DNA of 14,649 bases, taken from assembly GCA_036149055.1 (NCBI GenBank), contig JAYZQJ010000177.1, positions 1 to 14,649 of the forward strand, in the 5' to 3' direction. Under the pieces are notes generated by a model. The model was not told where the DNA came from, made no database searches, and saw only the letters and a program-made list of their open reading frames with translations. The position numbers and the translations under genes were made by a program. This document shows, piece after piece, positions 1 to 8,271 of the stretch; the first letter of the stretch is position 1; each line of letters starts with the position of its first letter. The stretch comes from Myxococcota bacterium (GTDB lineage: Bacteria > Myxococcota_A > Polyangia > Polyangiales > Sandaracinaceae).

Positions 1-58
1 GCGCGAGCCGCACGCGCCACTCGAGTCGTTCGATCCCGCGGCAGCGGGCGGCCAGCGA

Positions 59-209
59 GCGCGCAGCGCGAGCGCGAGCCGCAGGGCCCCCAGCGCCCCG
101 CGCTGGGGTCGCGGGGCCAGCGCGCGAAGCGCGCGAGGGCCCGACGGAGTCGGGAGGGGGGCCCCATTGGGCTTTGCCCAATGGGGGGAGGGTTTGCACC
201 AAACCCTCC
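59..209. repeat. Cluster of perfect 3-nt-loop hairpins (REP-like palindromic element) downstream of the TonB-dependent receptor
   Basis: gcgc-gca-gcgc (59-69), ccccagcgc-ccc-gcgctgggg (88-108), gcgcgc-gaa-gcgcgc (120-134), cccgac-gga-gtcggg (140-154), ccccattgggc-ttt-gcccaatgggg (162-186), ggagggtttg-cac-caaaccctcc (187-209). Begins 7 nt beyond the receptor stop codon. Confidence 0.75.
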
Positions 210-216
210 AAGAACC

Positions 217-2220
217 TCAGTCGCTGGCGAGGGTGAGGCTGACGAGGAAGGAGCGACCGGGGAGGGGGAAGCCGAGGAGGTCGGGGCCGCGCTGGTCGAA
301 GAGGTCGCGCACGGCGAGGTCGAGGCGGAGGCGGCCTCCCCACGTGGACAGCGCGGCCCCGACGCCGACGCGGGTGCGCGAGGGGAGGGCGGAGGTGTTG
401 GCCGGATCCCAGTGGGACGCGCCGACGTGGAGCAGGTCCGCCCAGAGCTCGAGGCGATCGAGCGGCCCGAGCGCGAAGAGGCGGAGCGACGGGCGCACGT
501 AGGCGGTCACGCCGGGGCGGAGCGGGAGCCGGCGCGTCTGCCCGAGGTAGGGCGTCCAGGTCTCGAGCACGGTGAGCGCGCCGCTGAGGTGGAAGTGGCG
601 GGTCACGCTCCCGTTCACCCCGAGCTCGCCGCCGGCGAGGGTCGCCGAGGCGACGTTCTCGGGCACGGCCTGGAACTGGTTGTTGCGTCGGTAGCGGATG
701 AGGTCGCTGGCGAAGGTGGCGAAGCCGCGGAGCTCCGCCTGCCCGCGCACCGGCCCGGCCCGGCCGCGCAGCGTCGCGCCGAGGTCGAAGGTCTCCGCGC
801 GCTCGGGCCGGAGGCGGGTGTCGCCCCGCAGGAAGGCGCGATCCCCGAAGAGCTCGAGCGCGGTCGGCGCCCGGGTGGCGGTCGCGAACGAGGCGCTGAT
901 CGCCAGCCCGCGGGTCGGCTCGATCGCGCCGCCGAGGCGGAACGTCGGCGCGACCTGCACGACCTCGTTCGTCTCGCCGAGCCGCTCGGGGCGGATCTCG
1001 CTCAGCCGCGCCCCGAAGACCGAGAGCCGCGCGGACGGTCGGAGCTCGTAGCGCACGCCGTCCGTGCGGCCGTGGAGCCGCGCCTCGGCCGCCGCCGTGC
1101 CGCCGTCTCGCTGGCTGTCCTCGGGGGCCCGCCGCGCCAGGGCGTCCTCGGGCCAGAGCGACTCGTGCACGTAGAGCCCGAGGCCGGTCAGCTCCAGCCA
1201 GTCGGCGACGCGCCCGCTCGCCGCCACCCGGGTGACGACCCGCAGCGCCTCGTCGTCGGTGGCGGTCCGCAGGGGCGAGATCTCCCGGTCCAGGTCGGTG
1301 AAGCGGCGCCGTCGATAGCCGGCGGACGCGGCCGCGCTCACCCGCCAGTCGGCCTCGGTCTCCGGCCGCCCGCCTTCGGTCACCGCCCAGCTCAGCGCGC
1401 CGAGCAGGCTCGTCTCGCCCCGGCGGGTGTCTTCGGTCGGCTGCACCGCGGGGCCGGGCACCCCGCCCAGCCGCTCGAGGCCGAAGAAGACGGCGCTCAG
1501 GGTTCCGTCGCCGATCCGCAGCCGGAGGTGGCCGAGCGCGGAGCCCTGCCGGAGCCACGCGTTCTCCCGGTGTCGCTCCACCGGCGCGTCGCCGTCGAGC
1601 AGGCCGACGTCGGCGAGGTAGGGGAAGTCGCCCTGCGAGGTGGTTGCCCCCACCGCCGTCGTCCAGGAGACGTCCTCGCTCGAGGCGTGGGCGCCGGCCC
1701 GAGCGTGGGCGAGCCCGAACGACCCGGCGCCGATGGTGCCGAAGGCGCGCGGGCCGTCCTCGCGCGGCACCAGCCGGATCACGCCGCCGAGGCCCCCGAC
1801 CCCGAGCCAGGTCGGGGCGCCGCCGCGGTAGACCTCGATCCGGTCGAGCACCCAGAGCGGCACGGTGGAGAGGTCGAAGGCGCCCCCGTCGGCGGTGGTG
1901 AGGGGGACGTCGCCGAAGAGCACCTCCACCTGGTCGGCGTCCGAGCCGCGGAGCGAGAGGGTGGTCGGGCTGCCCCAGGCGCCGCTGCGGAGCGGGCGGG
2001 CCCCCGGCACCTCGAGCAGCCCGTCCTCCAGGGTGTCGAGCGCGCTCGGGCGATCCTGGGCGTCGACCTCGGTCGCGCTCGCCGTGGGATCGTCGCCGCC
2101 GGTCGCCGGCATCGGCCGCTCGACCCGCGCGGTCACGCCCAGCTCGCCCGCCTCGCCCGCCTCCTGGGCCTGGGCGGGCGCGGCGATCGCGACCAGCGCG
2201 AGGGCGACGGCGAGGCGCAT
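217..2220 (-). CDS. TonB-dependent outer-membrane receptor, probably BtuB-like (cobalamin)
   Basis: 667 aa. Signal peptide (MRLAVALALVAIAAPAQA), plug motifs (LSLRGSDADQVEVLFGDVPL; LDRIEVYRGG), barrel motifs (RAPTALELFG, LRPERAETFDLG, VRDLFD) and C-terminal FPLPGRSFLVSL. B12 specificity is inferred only from the nearby cobalamin riboswitch. Confidence 0.9.
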   Translation of the reverse strand: MRLAVALALVAIAAPAQAQEAGEAGELGVTARVERPMPATGGDDPTASATEVDAQDRPSALDTLEDGLLEVPGARPLRSGAWGSPTTLSLRGSDADQVEVLFGDVPLTTADGGAFDLSTVPLWVLDRIEVYRGGAPTWLGVGGLGGVIRLVPREDGPRAFGTIGAGSFGLAHARAGAHASSEDVSWTTAVGATTSQGDFPYLADVGLLDGDAPVERHRENAWLRQGSALGHLRLRIGDGTLSAVFFGLERLGGVPGPAVQPTEDTRRGETSLLGALSWAVTEGGRPETEADWRVSAAASAGYRRRRFTDLDREISPLRTATDDEALRVVTRVAASGRVADWLELTGLGLYVHESLWPEDALARRAPEDSQRDGGTAAAEARLHGRTDGVRYELRPSARLSVFGARLSEIRPERLGETNEVVQVAPTFRLGGAIEPTRGLAISASFATATRAPTALELFGDRAFLRGDTRLRPERAETFDLGATLRGRAGPVRGQAELRGFATFASDLIRYRRNNQFQAVPENVASATLAGGELGVNGSVTRHFHLSGALTVLETWTPYLGQTRRLPLRPGVTAYVRPSLRLFALGPLDRLELWADLLHVGASHWDPANTSALPSRTRVGVGAALSTWGGRLRLDLAVRDLFDQRGPDLLGFPLPGRSFLVSLTLASD

Positions 2221-2301
2221 GCCGCGCTCTATCAGGCGGCCGACGGCCGGTCACGCGGCCACTCCGCTGGCAATCTGGCGCCGCGGCTCTAGCTTGGCGC
2301 C

Positions 2302-4293
2302 GTGGACGGGGGGATCCCGAGCGCAGGGATGCGGACGCTGCTGGCGGCCCTCGCCGATCCGGTCATCGGATACGGCGGGGACGGCACGTGCCGCTACCTC
2401 AACCCCGCCGCGGAGGCGACGGTGACCCGCGAGCTGCTCGGGCGGAGGCTCTGGGACGTCTACCCCGGCCTGCGCGACTCCGAGTTCGGCCGCGCCTTCG
2501 ACGAGGCCCTCGAGACGGGCGGGCCCGTCCGTCATCGCTCCCGCTACGAGCCGACCGGCATGGACTACGAGGCCACGCTCGTCGGCGTCGACGGCTGGGT
2601 GATCGTCACCTTCCGCGACGTCACGGAGGCGCTCGCCAGCGCCCACCGGACCCGGCAGCTCGGCTCGCTGGCGCGCGCCTCGGAGCTGCTCGGCTCCGAC
2701 CTCGACACCGAGCACGTCCTGGACGAGCTGATGCGCCTGGTCGTGCCCGAGCTCGCGGACTGGTGCACGGTCGATCTCTACCGCGGCGGCCGGCTGGTCC
2801 GCATCTCGGTGGCTCACCGCGATCCGAGCAAGGTGGCGCTCGGCTTCGAGATCGCCGAGCGCTGGCCGATGGGGCCGGCAGAGAGCCCCCTGCTGGCGCG
2901 CGTGATGGCGGGTGAGACCGTGGTCGTGCGCGACATCGACGGGGCCGCGCTCGCCCAGATGGCGCGGGGGCCCGAGCACCTCGCCATCCTGAGGGAGATC
3001 GGCCTCGGGGCGGTGGTCGCCTGCCCCCTCGTCCGGCCGGAGCGCCCGCTGGGGCTGATCTGCTTCGCCAGCGAAGGCGAGCGGACCTTCGACGACACCG
3101 ACGTGACCGTGGCCCGGGAGCTGGCTCGCCGCGCGGCCACCGCGCTGCACCTCACCGACCTCCTCGTCGAGCTGCGGGAAGAGCGGGACCGCGCGGAGGA
3201 GGCGGTCCGGGTGAAGGACGACTTCCTGGCGGTGCTGGGGCACGAGCTGCGCAACCCGCTCGCGCCGATCCGCACCGCGGTGGAGGTCCTCGGGGCGGAG
3301 CCTCGCTTCGCCGAGGTGAAGGAGATGGCCATCATCGACCGTCAGCTCCGGCACGTGACCCAGCTCGTCGACGACCTGCTCGACGTGGCGCGGATCACCC
3401 GGGGCACGATGGAGCTGCTGCGCGAGCCGATCGACCTGGCCGACGCGCTGCAAGCGGCGATCGAGATGGCCAGCCCGCTGGTGGACCAGCGCGGCCACAC
3501 CCTGGAGATCCGGGCGCCGGCGGGGGCGTGGGTGGACGGGGACGCGCGGCGGCTCGCGCAGGTCTTCAGCAACCTCCTGACCAACGCCGCCCGCTACACG
3601 CCGCGAGGCGGGACCATCGAGGTCGCGGGAGCGGTGGTCGGTGACCGGGTGCAGGTGGCGGTGCGCGACGACGGCCGCGGCATCTCGCCGGACTCGCTGC
3701 CGCGCCTGTTCCGACCCTTCGAGCGCATCGAGCCGTCGGGTGCGGACGGCGGGCTGGGCCTCGGGCTGAGCATCGTGCGCGGCCTGGTCGAGAAGCACGG
3801 CGGCGACATCACGATCGAGAGCGACGGCGTCGGTCGCGGCACGACGGTGACCGTGCGGCTCCCGCTGCTGCCGAGCGAGGGGCGGGTCGCCCGCGCGCCG
3901 AGCCCCTCACGCGAGCGGCGGGCGGACGTGCGCGGGCGGGTCCTGCTCGTCGACGACAACGAGGACGCGGCGCTCCTGCTCGCGGTGGCGCTCCGCAAGC
4001 GCGGCTTCGAGGTCGTGGTCGCGCACGACGGGCCGGCGGCGCTCGAGCTGCTCGACGGACCGCTCCACGCGGCCATCCTGGACCTGGGCCTGCCCGTGAT
4101 GGACGGGGTGGAGCTCGGCACCCGGATCCGGGAGCGGCTCGGGGACGCGGCGCCGCCGCTGGTCGCGCTCACCGGCTACGGCCAGCGCGGCGCCCGCGAC
4201 CGCACCACCGCGGCCGGGTTCGCGGCGCACCTGGTGAAGCCGGTGGAGATCGCGGCGCTGGTCGAGCTGCTGCGAGGGCTCGTGGCTCGGTAG
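2302..4293 (+). CDS. Cytoplasmic hybrid sensor histidine kinase/response regulator (PAS-GAF-HisKA-HATPase-REC)
   Basis: PAS (YLNPAAE...LLGRRLWDVYP), GAF (VVPELADWCTVD), H-box FLAVLGHELRNPL, N-box FSNLLTNAARYT, G1 DDGRG, G2 GGLGLGL, receiver LLVDD...LDLGLPVMDG...ALTG...KP. Start is GTG 2302 or ATG 2329. Confidence 0.95.
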   Translation: MDGGIPSAGMRTLLAALADPVIGYGGDGTCRYLNPAAEATVTRELLGRRLWDVYPGLRDSEFGRAFDEALETGGPVRHRSRYEPTGMDYEATLVGVDGWVIVTFRDVTEALASAHRTRQLGSLARASELLGSDLDTEHVLDELMRLVVPELADWCTVDLYRGGRLVRISVAHRDPSKVALGFEIAERWPMGPAESPLLARVMAGETVVVRDIDGAALAQMARGPEHLAILREIGLGAVVACPLVRPERPLGLICFASEGERTFDDTDVTVARELARRAATALHLTDLLVELREERDRAEEAVRVKDDFLAVLGHELRNPLAPIRTAVEVLGAEPRFAEVKEMAIIDRQLRHVTQLVDDLLDVARITRGTMELLREPIDLADALQAAIEMASPLVDQRGHTLEIRAPAGAWVDGDARRLAQVFSNLLTNAARYTPRGGTIEVAGAVVGDRVQVAVRDDGRGISPDSLPRLFRPFERIEPSGADGGLGLGLSIVRGLVEKHGGDITIESDGVGRGTTVTVRLPLLPSEGRVARAPSPSRERRADVRGRVLLVDDNEDAALLLAVALRKRGFEVVVAHDGPAALELLDGPLHAAILDLGLPVMDGVELGTRIRERLGDAAPPLVALTGYGQRGARDRTTAAGFAAHLVKPVEIAALVELLRGLVAR

Positions 4294-4354
4294 CCGACGT
4301 CGCGCCCCGATTGACGGATGAGGCGGCCCGCGACAGGCTGGGTGGGCCACGAGT

Positions 4355-4555
4355 CCGGCCGGGTGGTGGCTTCATCCGGACGGGGAGACGTCCCCTCGGG
4401 GGCGTCGAAGAGGGAACCCGGTGTGAATCCGGGACTGTCCCGCAGCGGTGAGCGGAAACGAAAGCCGTCAACGCACTGGGCGCGAGCCTGGGAAGCGACG
4501 GCCGGTAGGAGCGACCTGGGTCGCGTGTCCGCGAGTCCGAAGACCTGCTCGAGGT
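4355..4555 (+). promoter_or_regulatory. Cobalamin (AdoCbl-type) riboswitch aptamer
   Basis: Conserved elements occur in the expected order: AGGGAA-cccGGTGtgAATCCggg-aCTGtcccgCAGCGGTga ... gCACTGgg ... GGGAAG ... B12 box gAGTCCGAAGACCTGC. It lies in the 5' leader of the 4654 gene. Boundaries are approximate. Confidence 0.93.
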
Positions 4556-4653
4556 GCCGGCGCGGAGATGGTTCCGTCGCCGGGGGTCACAGGGCCTCGC
4601 GGAAGGGCCCCGGCCGATCCACGCGATCGCCGGGGTCCGGGACACGGACCGAG

Positions 4654-5478
4654 ATGCGAACGACGATGGCGTGGGCGCTGCTGCTCACGAGCTGGACCGG
4701 CTGCGACGGCGGGGGGCCGATGTCCCCCGACGCGGCGACCCCGATGAGCGACGCCGCGGTCGAGGCGGTGTGCGGAGACGGCGCGCGGCAGCCGGGCGAG
4801 GGCTGCGACGACGGGAACGCGGAGACCGGAGACGGCTGCAGCGCCACCTGCGCGGTCGAGGCGCCCGCCGCCGACGCGGACGAGGTGGTCGACGCGCCCG
4901 ACGCCACCGGCGAGGGCTTCGGCGATCCCAGCCGGGCCGTCAACGGCGTGCGCGGCGGCGGCCTCACCGCCCAGAGCCTCGACGTCTACTCGATCTCGCT
5001 GGAGGGGCACCTCGTGCTCGGGTGGTCGGGCCGCCGGGTGATGGATGGCCCGGGCGTCGACCTGGTGGTGTTCGAGAACGCCTTCCACTACGGCGACGGC
5101 GCGACCTTCATGGATCCGGTCGTGGTCGAGGTCTCGAGCGACGGCGAGACCTGGGTCGCCTTCCCGCACGACTACGTGGCCGAGGACGAGGCGCGCTACT
5201 CGAACCGGGCCACCGACTGGCGCGGCTTCGCCGGGCGGACCCCGGTGCTCTTCCACGAGGAGGAGCGGGCGGAGCTCGATCGCTTCGACCCCGAAGAGGC
5301 GGGCGGCGACGGCTTCGACCTGGCGGACCTCGGGCTCGCCTCCATCCGCTACGTCCGGCTCAGCCCGGCCTCCGCGCACACCAACCCCGACACCGGCGCA
5401 CCGTTCCCGCGCGACCCGGTGAGCGACGGCCCGGACATCGACGGAGTCGCCGCGCGCTGGCTCGCGGAGGCGCCGTGA
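4654..5478 (+). CDS. Lipoprotein with a Myxococcus Cys-rich repeat plus a 'cell surface protein' domain (BtuH-like B12-binding candidate)
   Basis: 274 aa from ATG 4654 (the track ORF is over-extended through the riboswitch). Lipobox WTG-C, repeat VCGDGARQPGEGCDDGNAETGDGCSATCAVE, and C-domain motifs DGPGVDLVVFENAF, VEVSSDG, GGDGFDLADLGL..IRYVR. Confidence 0.8.
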   Translation: MRTTMAWALLLTSWTGCDGGGPMSPDAATPMSDAAVEAVCGDGARQPGEGCDDGNAETGDGCSATCAVEAPAADADEVVDAPDATGEGFGDPSRAVNGVRGGGLTAQSLDVYSISLEGHLVLGWSGRRVMDGPGVDLVVFENAFHYGDGATFMDPVVVEVSSDGETWVAFPHDYVAEDEARYSNRATDWRGFAGRTPVLFHEEERAELDRFDPEEAGGDGFDLADLGLASIRYVRLSPASAHTNPDTGAPFPRDPVSDGPDIDGVAARWLAEAP

Positions 5479-6683
5479 GGCTCGCGCTCGCGCTGGCCCT
5501 GGTCACGGGCTGCGCGCCGGCCGCCACCTGCGAGCTCGACGCGCCCCTGACCGCCGAGCCGGAGGCCGCCTGGGCGGTGGTCTCGAGCGACTACGCCTCG
5601 AGCGCCATCACCCTGCTCGGGCCCGACGGCGCGCTCGTCCGAGAGGGCTGGCTGAGCTCGGGGAGCGCGCCCCCGGGCATCGTCGCCAGCCTGAGCGGCG
5701 ACGTGGCGATCGCGAGCGGCCCGATCACCCCGTGCGTGGTTGCCGTGGTCGACCGGTTCGGCACCGACGTGGTCAGCTTCCTCGACCACTGCGCGGGCGA
5801 GGTCGTCTCGCAGGTCGACGTCGGCTCCAGCTTTCGCGCGAACCCGCACGACGTCATGCGACTCGACGAGCGCCGGGTGCTCGTCAGCCGACACGAGCCG
5901 AACCCGGGCGCCGACGATCCGCTCGGGGCCGGCAACGATCTGCTGGTCGTCGACTGGCGCGACGGCGAGGTGCTGCACGCGATCGATCTCTCGGCCCTCG
6001 ACGCCGAGGTGGACGGCGAGCGCCTCCCCGCGCGGCCGAGCCGGGTCGCGCCGCTCGGGCGCTTCGTGGTGATCGGGCTCGGGCGCGCCTCGCTCGACTT
6101 CATGGTTTCGGGGCCGGGCGCGGTGGCGGTCCTCGACCCGGAGAGCGGCGACGTCGAGGCGCTGACCCTCGACGGGCTCGAGGGCTGCGACGAGGTGGAC
6201 GGCGCCCCGGGCGGCGACGCGGCGCTCGTGACGTGCGGCGGGCCGGCCTTCGTGCAGGAGGACGCCCGGCGGGCGGGCGCCGGCCTCGCCACCCTCGCCC
6301 TCGACGGCGGCGAGGTGGTGGTGCGTCACGTCTGGCGGGCGGCCGAGCACCCCGAGGCGCCGGTCTTCAACGCCTGGGGCGTGCCGCTCTCGGCGGACCG
6401 GGCGGTGGCGGTCGCGATGGGGGACCTGCGCGAAGGGGTGAACGACCGGGTGGCGGTGATCGACCTGCCCAGCGGACGGGTGGAGCCGCTCTTCGAGGCC
6501 GGCTCGGCGTTCGTGGTCGGGGACGGCGCCTGGGATCCGCAGCGGGAGCTCCTGCTCGTGCCCGACGCCCACGAGGGGGCCGCGCGGCGCTTCTCGGGCG
6601 AGGCGCTCGAGCCCCTGCCGGCCGCGCCGACCGGGCCCTGCACCGGGCTGCCCCCGCGGGAGATCCGGCCGCTGTCGATTTAG
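5475..6683 (+). CDS. Lipoprotein, probable YncE-like beta-propeller (BtuG-like candidate)
   Basis: GTG 5475 overlaps the upstream TGA (GTGA). 402 aa with lipobox VTG-C and repeated short strands ending in D (VSFLD, LLVVD, VAVLD, VAVID), plus SDY and ANPHDV motifs. The fold is inferred. Confidence 0.75.
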   Translation: MRLALALALVTGCAPAATCELDAPLTAEPEAAWAVVSSDYASSAITLLGPDGALVREGWLSSGSAPPGIVASLSGDVAIASGPITPCVVAVVDRFGTDVVSFLDHCAGEVVSQVDVGSSFRANPHDVMRLDERRVLVSRHEPNPGADDPLGAGNDLLVVDWRDGEVLHAIDLSALDAEVDGERLPARPSRVAPLGRFVVIGLGRASLDFMVSGPGAVAVLDPESGDVEALTLDGLEGCDEVDGAPGGDAALVTCGGPAFVQEDARRAGAGLATLALDGGEVVVRHVWRAAEHPEAPVFNAWGVPLSADRAVAVAMGDLREGVNDRVAVIDLPSGRVEPLFEAGSAFVVGDGAWDPQRELLLVPDAHEGAARRFSGEALEPLPAAPTGPCTGLPPREIRPLSI

Positions 6684-6748
6684 GTGACGGAACGGCGCGA
6701 CCCCGGCCACCCAGTGATGCGCAGGATGGGGAGGACCCGGGAAATCAG

Positions 6749-8233
6749 ATGCATTCACTTCGACTTTCGCTTCGCCTCGCGTGCCTCGCGGGGCTCGCCC
6801 TCGCCGCCAGCGCGTGCGGAGGGCAGGTGCACGTGGGCGACGACGACGGGGGCGTCGGAGACAGCGACGGCGGCTCCAGCCAGTGCGGCCCGGTCGTCTG
6901 CGGCGCGGGCCTCGAGTGCTGTAACGCCAGCTGCGGCATCTGCGCCCCGCCCGGCGTCGCCTGCCCCGCGATCGCCTGCGCGGACGAGTGCACCACCAAC
7001 GCCGACTGCGCGGGCGGCGAGTACTGCCAGCTCGACGAGGGCGCCTGCGGCGGCGTGGGCGTGTGTACGCCGCGGCCGTCCGCCTGCGACGAGCTGTACG
7101 ATCCCGTCTGCGGCTGCGACGGCGTGACCCACTCGAACCGCTGCTCCGCGGCCGGCGCGGGCGTCAGCGTGGCCTCGGTCGGCGAGTGCGGCACGGATCC
7201 CGTCTGCGCGCCGCTCGACGCGCGCGGCGAGGGCGCCTGCGACGCGATCGTGGGCGTGACCTGGGACGGCACGCGCTGCCTCGAGATCAGCGGCTGCCGC
7301 TGCGTCGGCAGCGACTGCGGCCGGTACGGCGCCGGGGGGCTGGAGCGCTGCCAGCGCGAGTACGCCAGCTGCGGCACCTGCGCGGCCCAGGACGCCGAGG
7401 GGGTCGGGGACTGCCGCGCGCTGCTCGGCTACCGCTGGGACGGCGACGGCTGCTCCTCGATCGGCGGCTGCGAGTGCGCGGGGGCCGACTGCGACCGGCT
7501 GTACATGGACGAGTCGAGCTGCCTCGCCGACTTCGCGCACTGCGTCCCCGGCCCGGCCTGCGCGCGAAACGCGGACTGCGAGCGCGGGAGCTACTGCCAC
7601 CTCGAGCCCGGTCAGTGCCTCGCCGGCGATGGTGGGACGGGCTTCGGCGAGTGCCGGAGTCGTGTGACCGATGTGTTCTGCACCGACGACGGTCCGCCGA
7701 TCTGTGGCTGCGACGGCCGCACCTACGCCTGCGAGTCCGAGGCGAACCAGGCGGGGACCTCGGTGGCCTACGACGGCGCGTGCGACGGTGGGCCGTGCAG
7801 CCCGCAGATCGCCCGCGGCATCGGGCCCTGCTTCCTGGACCTGGGCGTGGCCTGGAACGGCACCGAGTGCGTGAGCGTCGGCGGCTGCACCTGTGAGGGC
7901 CCGGACTGCGACTCGCTCTACCGCTCGCACGCCGAGTGCCGGGCGGCGCGCACCGGCTGCGGCCCGGAGATGCGCCCCTGCGGCGGCTTCGCCGGCCTGG
8001 TGTGCGATCCCGACGAGTGGTGTGACTACCCCGACGGCAGCTTCTGCGGCGGCACCGACGAGACCGGCGTCTGCCGGCCGCGCCCGGACACCTGCCCGCC
8101 GGTGATCGACGAGGTCTGCGGCTGCGACGGGGTGCTCTACACGAGCGCCTGCGACGCCAACGCCTCCGGCTACGACACCTTCGGCGGTGCGCCCGGGCCG
8201 AGCGGCTGCGGCGCGCCCCCGCCGATGCCGTGA
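6749..8233 (+). CDS. Cys-rich lipoprotein with three Kazal-type and three Kunitz-like modules
   Basis: 494 aa from ATG 6749 with lipobox ASA-C. Kazal-like motifs YDPVCGCDGVTHSNRC, PPICGCDGRTYAC and DEVCGCDGVLYTSAC alternate with three copies of a ~55-aa 8-Cys module. Confidence 0.85.
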   Translation: MHSLRLSLRLACLAGLALAASACGGQVHVGDDDGGVGDSDGGSSQCGPVVCGAGLECCNASCGICAPPGVACPAIACADECTTNADCAGGEYCQLDEGACGGVGVCTPRPSACDELYDPVCGCDGVTHSNRCSAAGAGVSVASVGECGTDPVCAPLDARGEGACDAIVGVTWDGTRCLEISGCRCVGSDCGRYGAGGLERCQREYASCGTCAAQDAEGVGDCRALLGYRWDGDGCSSIGGCECAGADCDRLYMDESSCLADFAHCVPGPACARNADCERGSYCHLEPGQCLAGDGGTGFGECRSRVTDVFCTDDGPPICGCDGRTYACESEANQAGTSVAYDGACDGGPCSPQIARGIGPCFLDLGVAWNGTECVSVGGCTCEGPDCDSLYRSHAECRAARTGCGPEMRPCGGFAGLVCDPDEWCDYPDGSFCGGTDETGVCRPRPDTCPPVIDEVCGCDGVLYTSACDANASGYDTFGGAPGPSGCGAPPPMP

Positions 8234-8271
8234 CCGTTGACGGCGCGCGCGGGTCGTCCCAGAACGCCCGC

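Noticed and set aside
181..2292. 703-aa + strand ORF
   Set aside because: Antisense shadow of the TonB-dependent receptor, typical of high-GC DNA, with no recognisable motifs.
2251..3798. 515-aa - strand ORF
   Set aside because: Antisense shadow of the histidine kinase.
4318..4653. N-terminal extension of the 386-aa ORF (and the 4554 and 5732 starts of the next two ORFs)
   Set aside because: These run through the riboswitch or upstream genes. Signal peptides and lipoboxes place the starts at 4654, 5475 and 6749.
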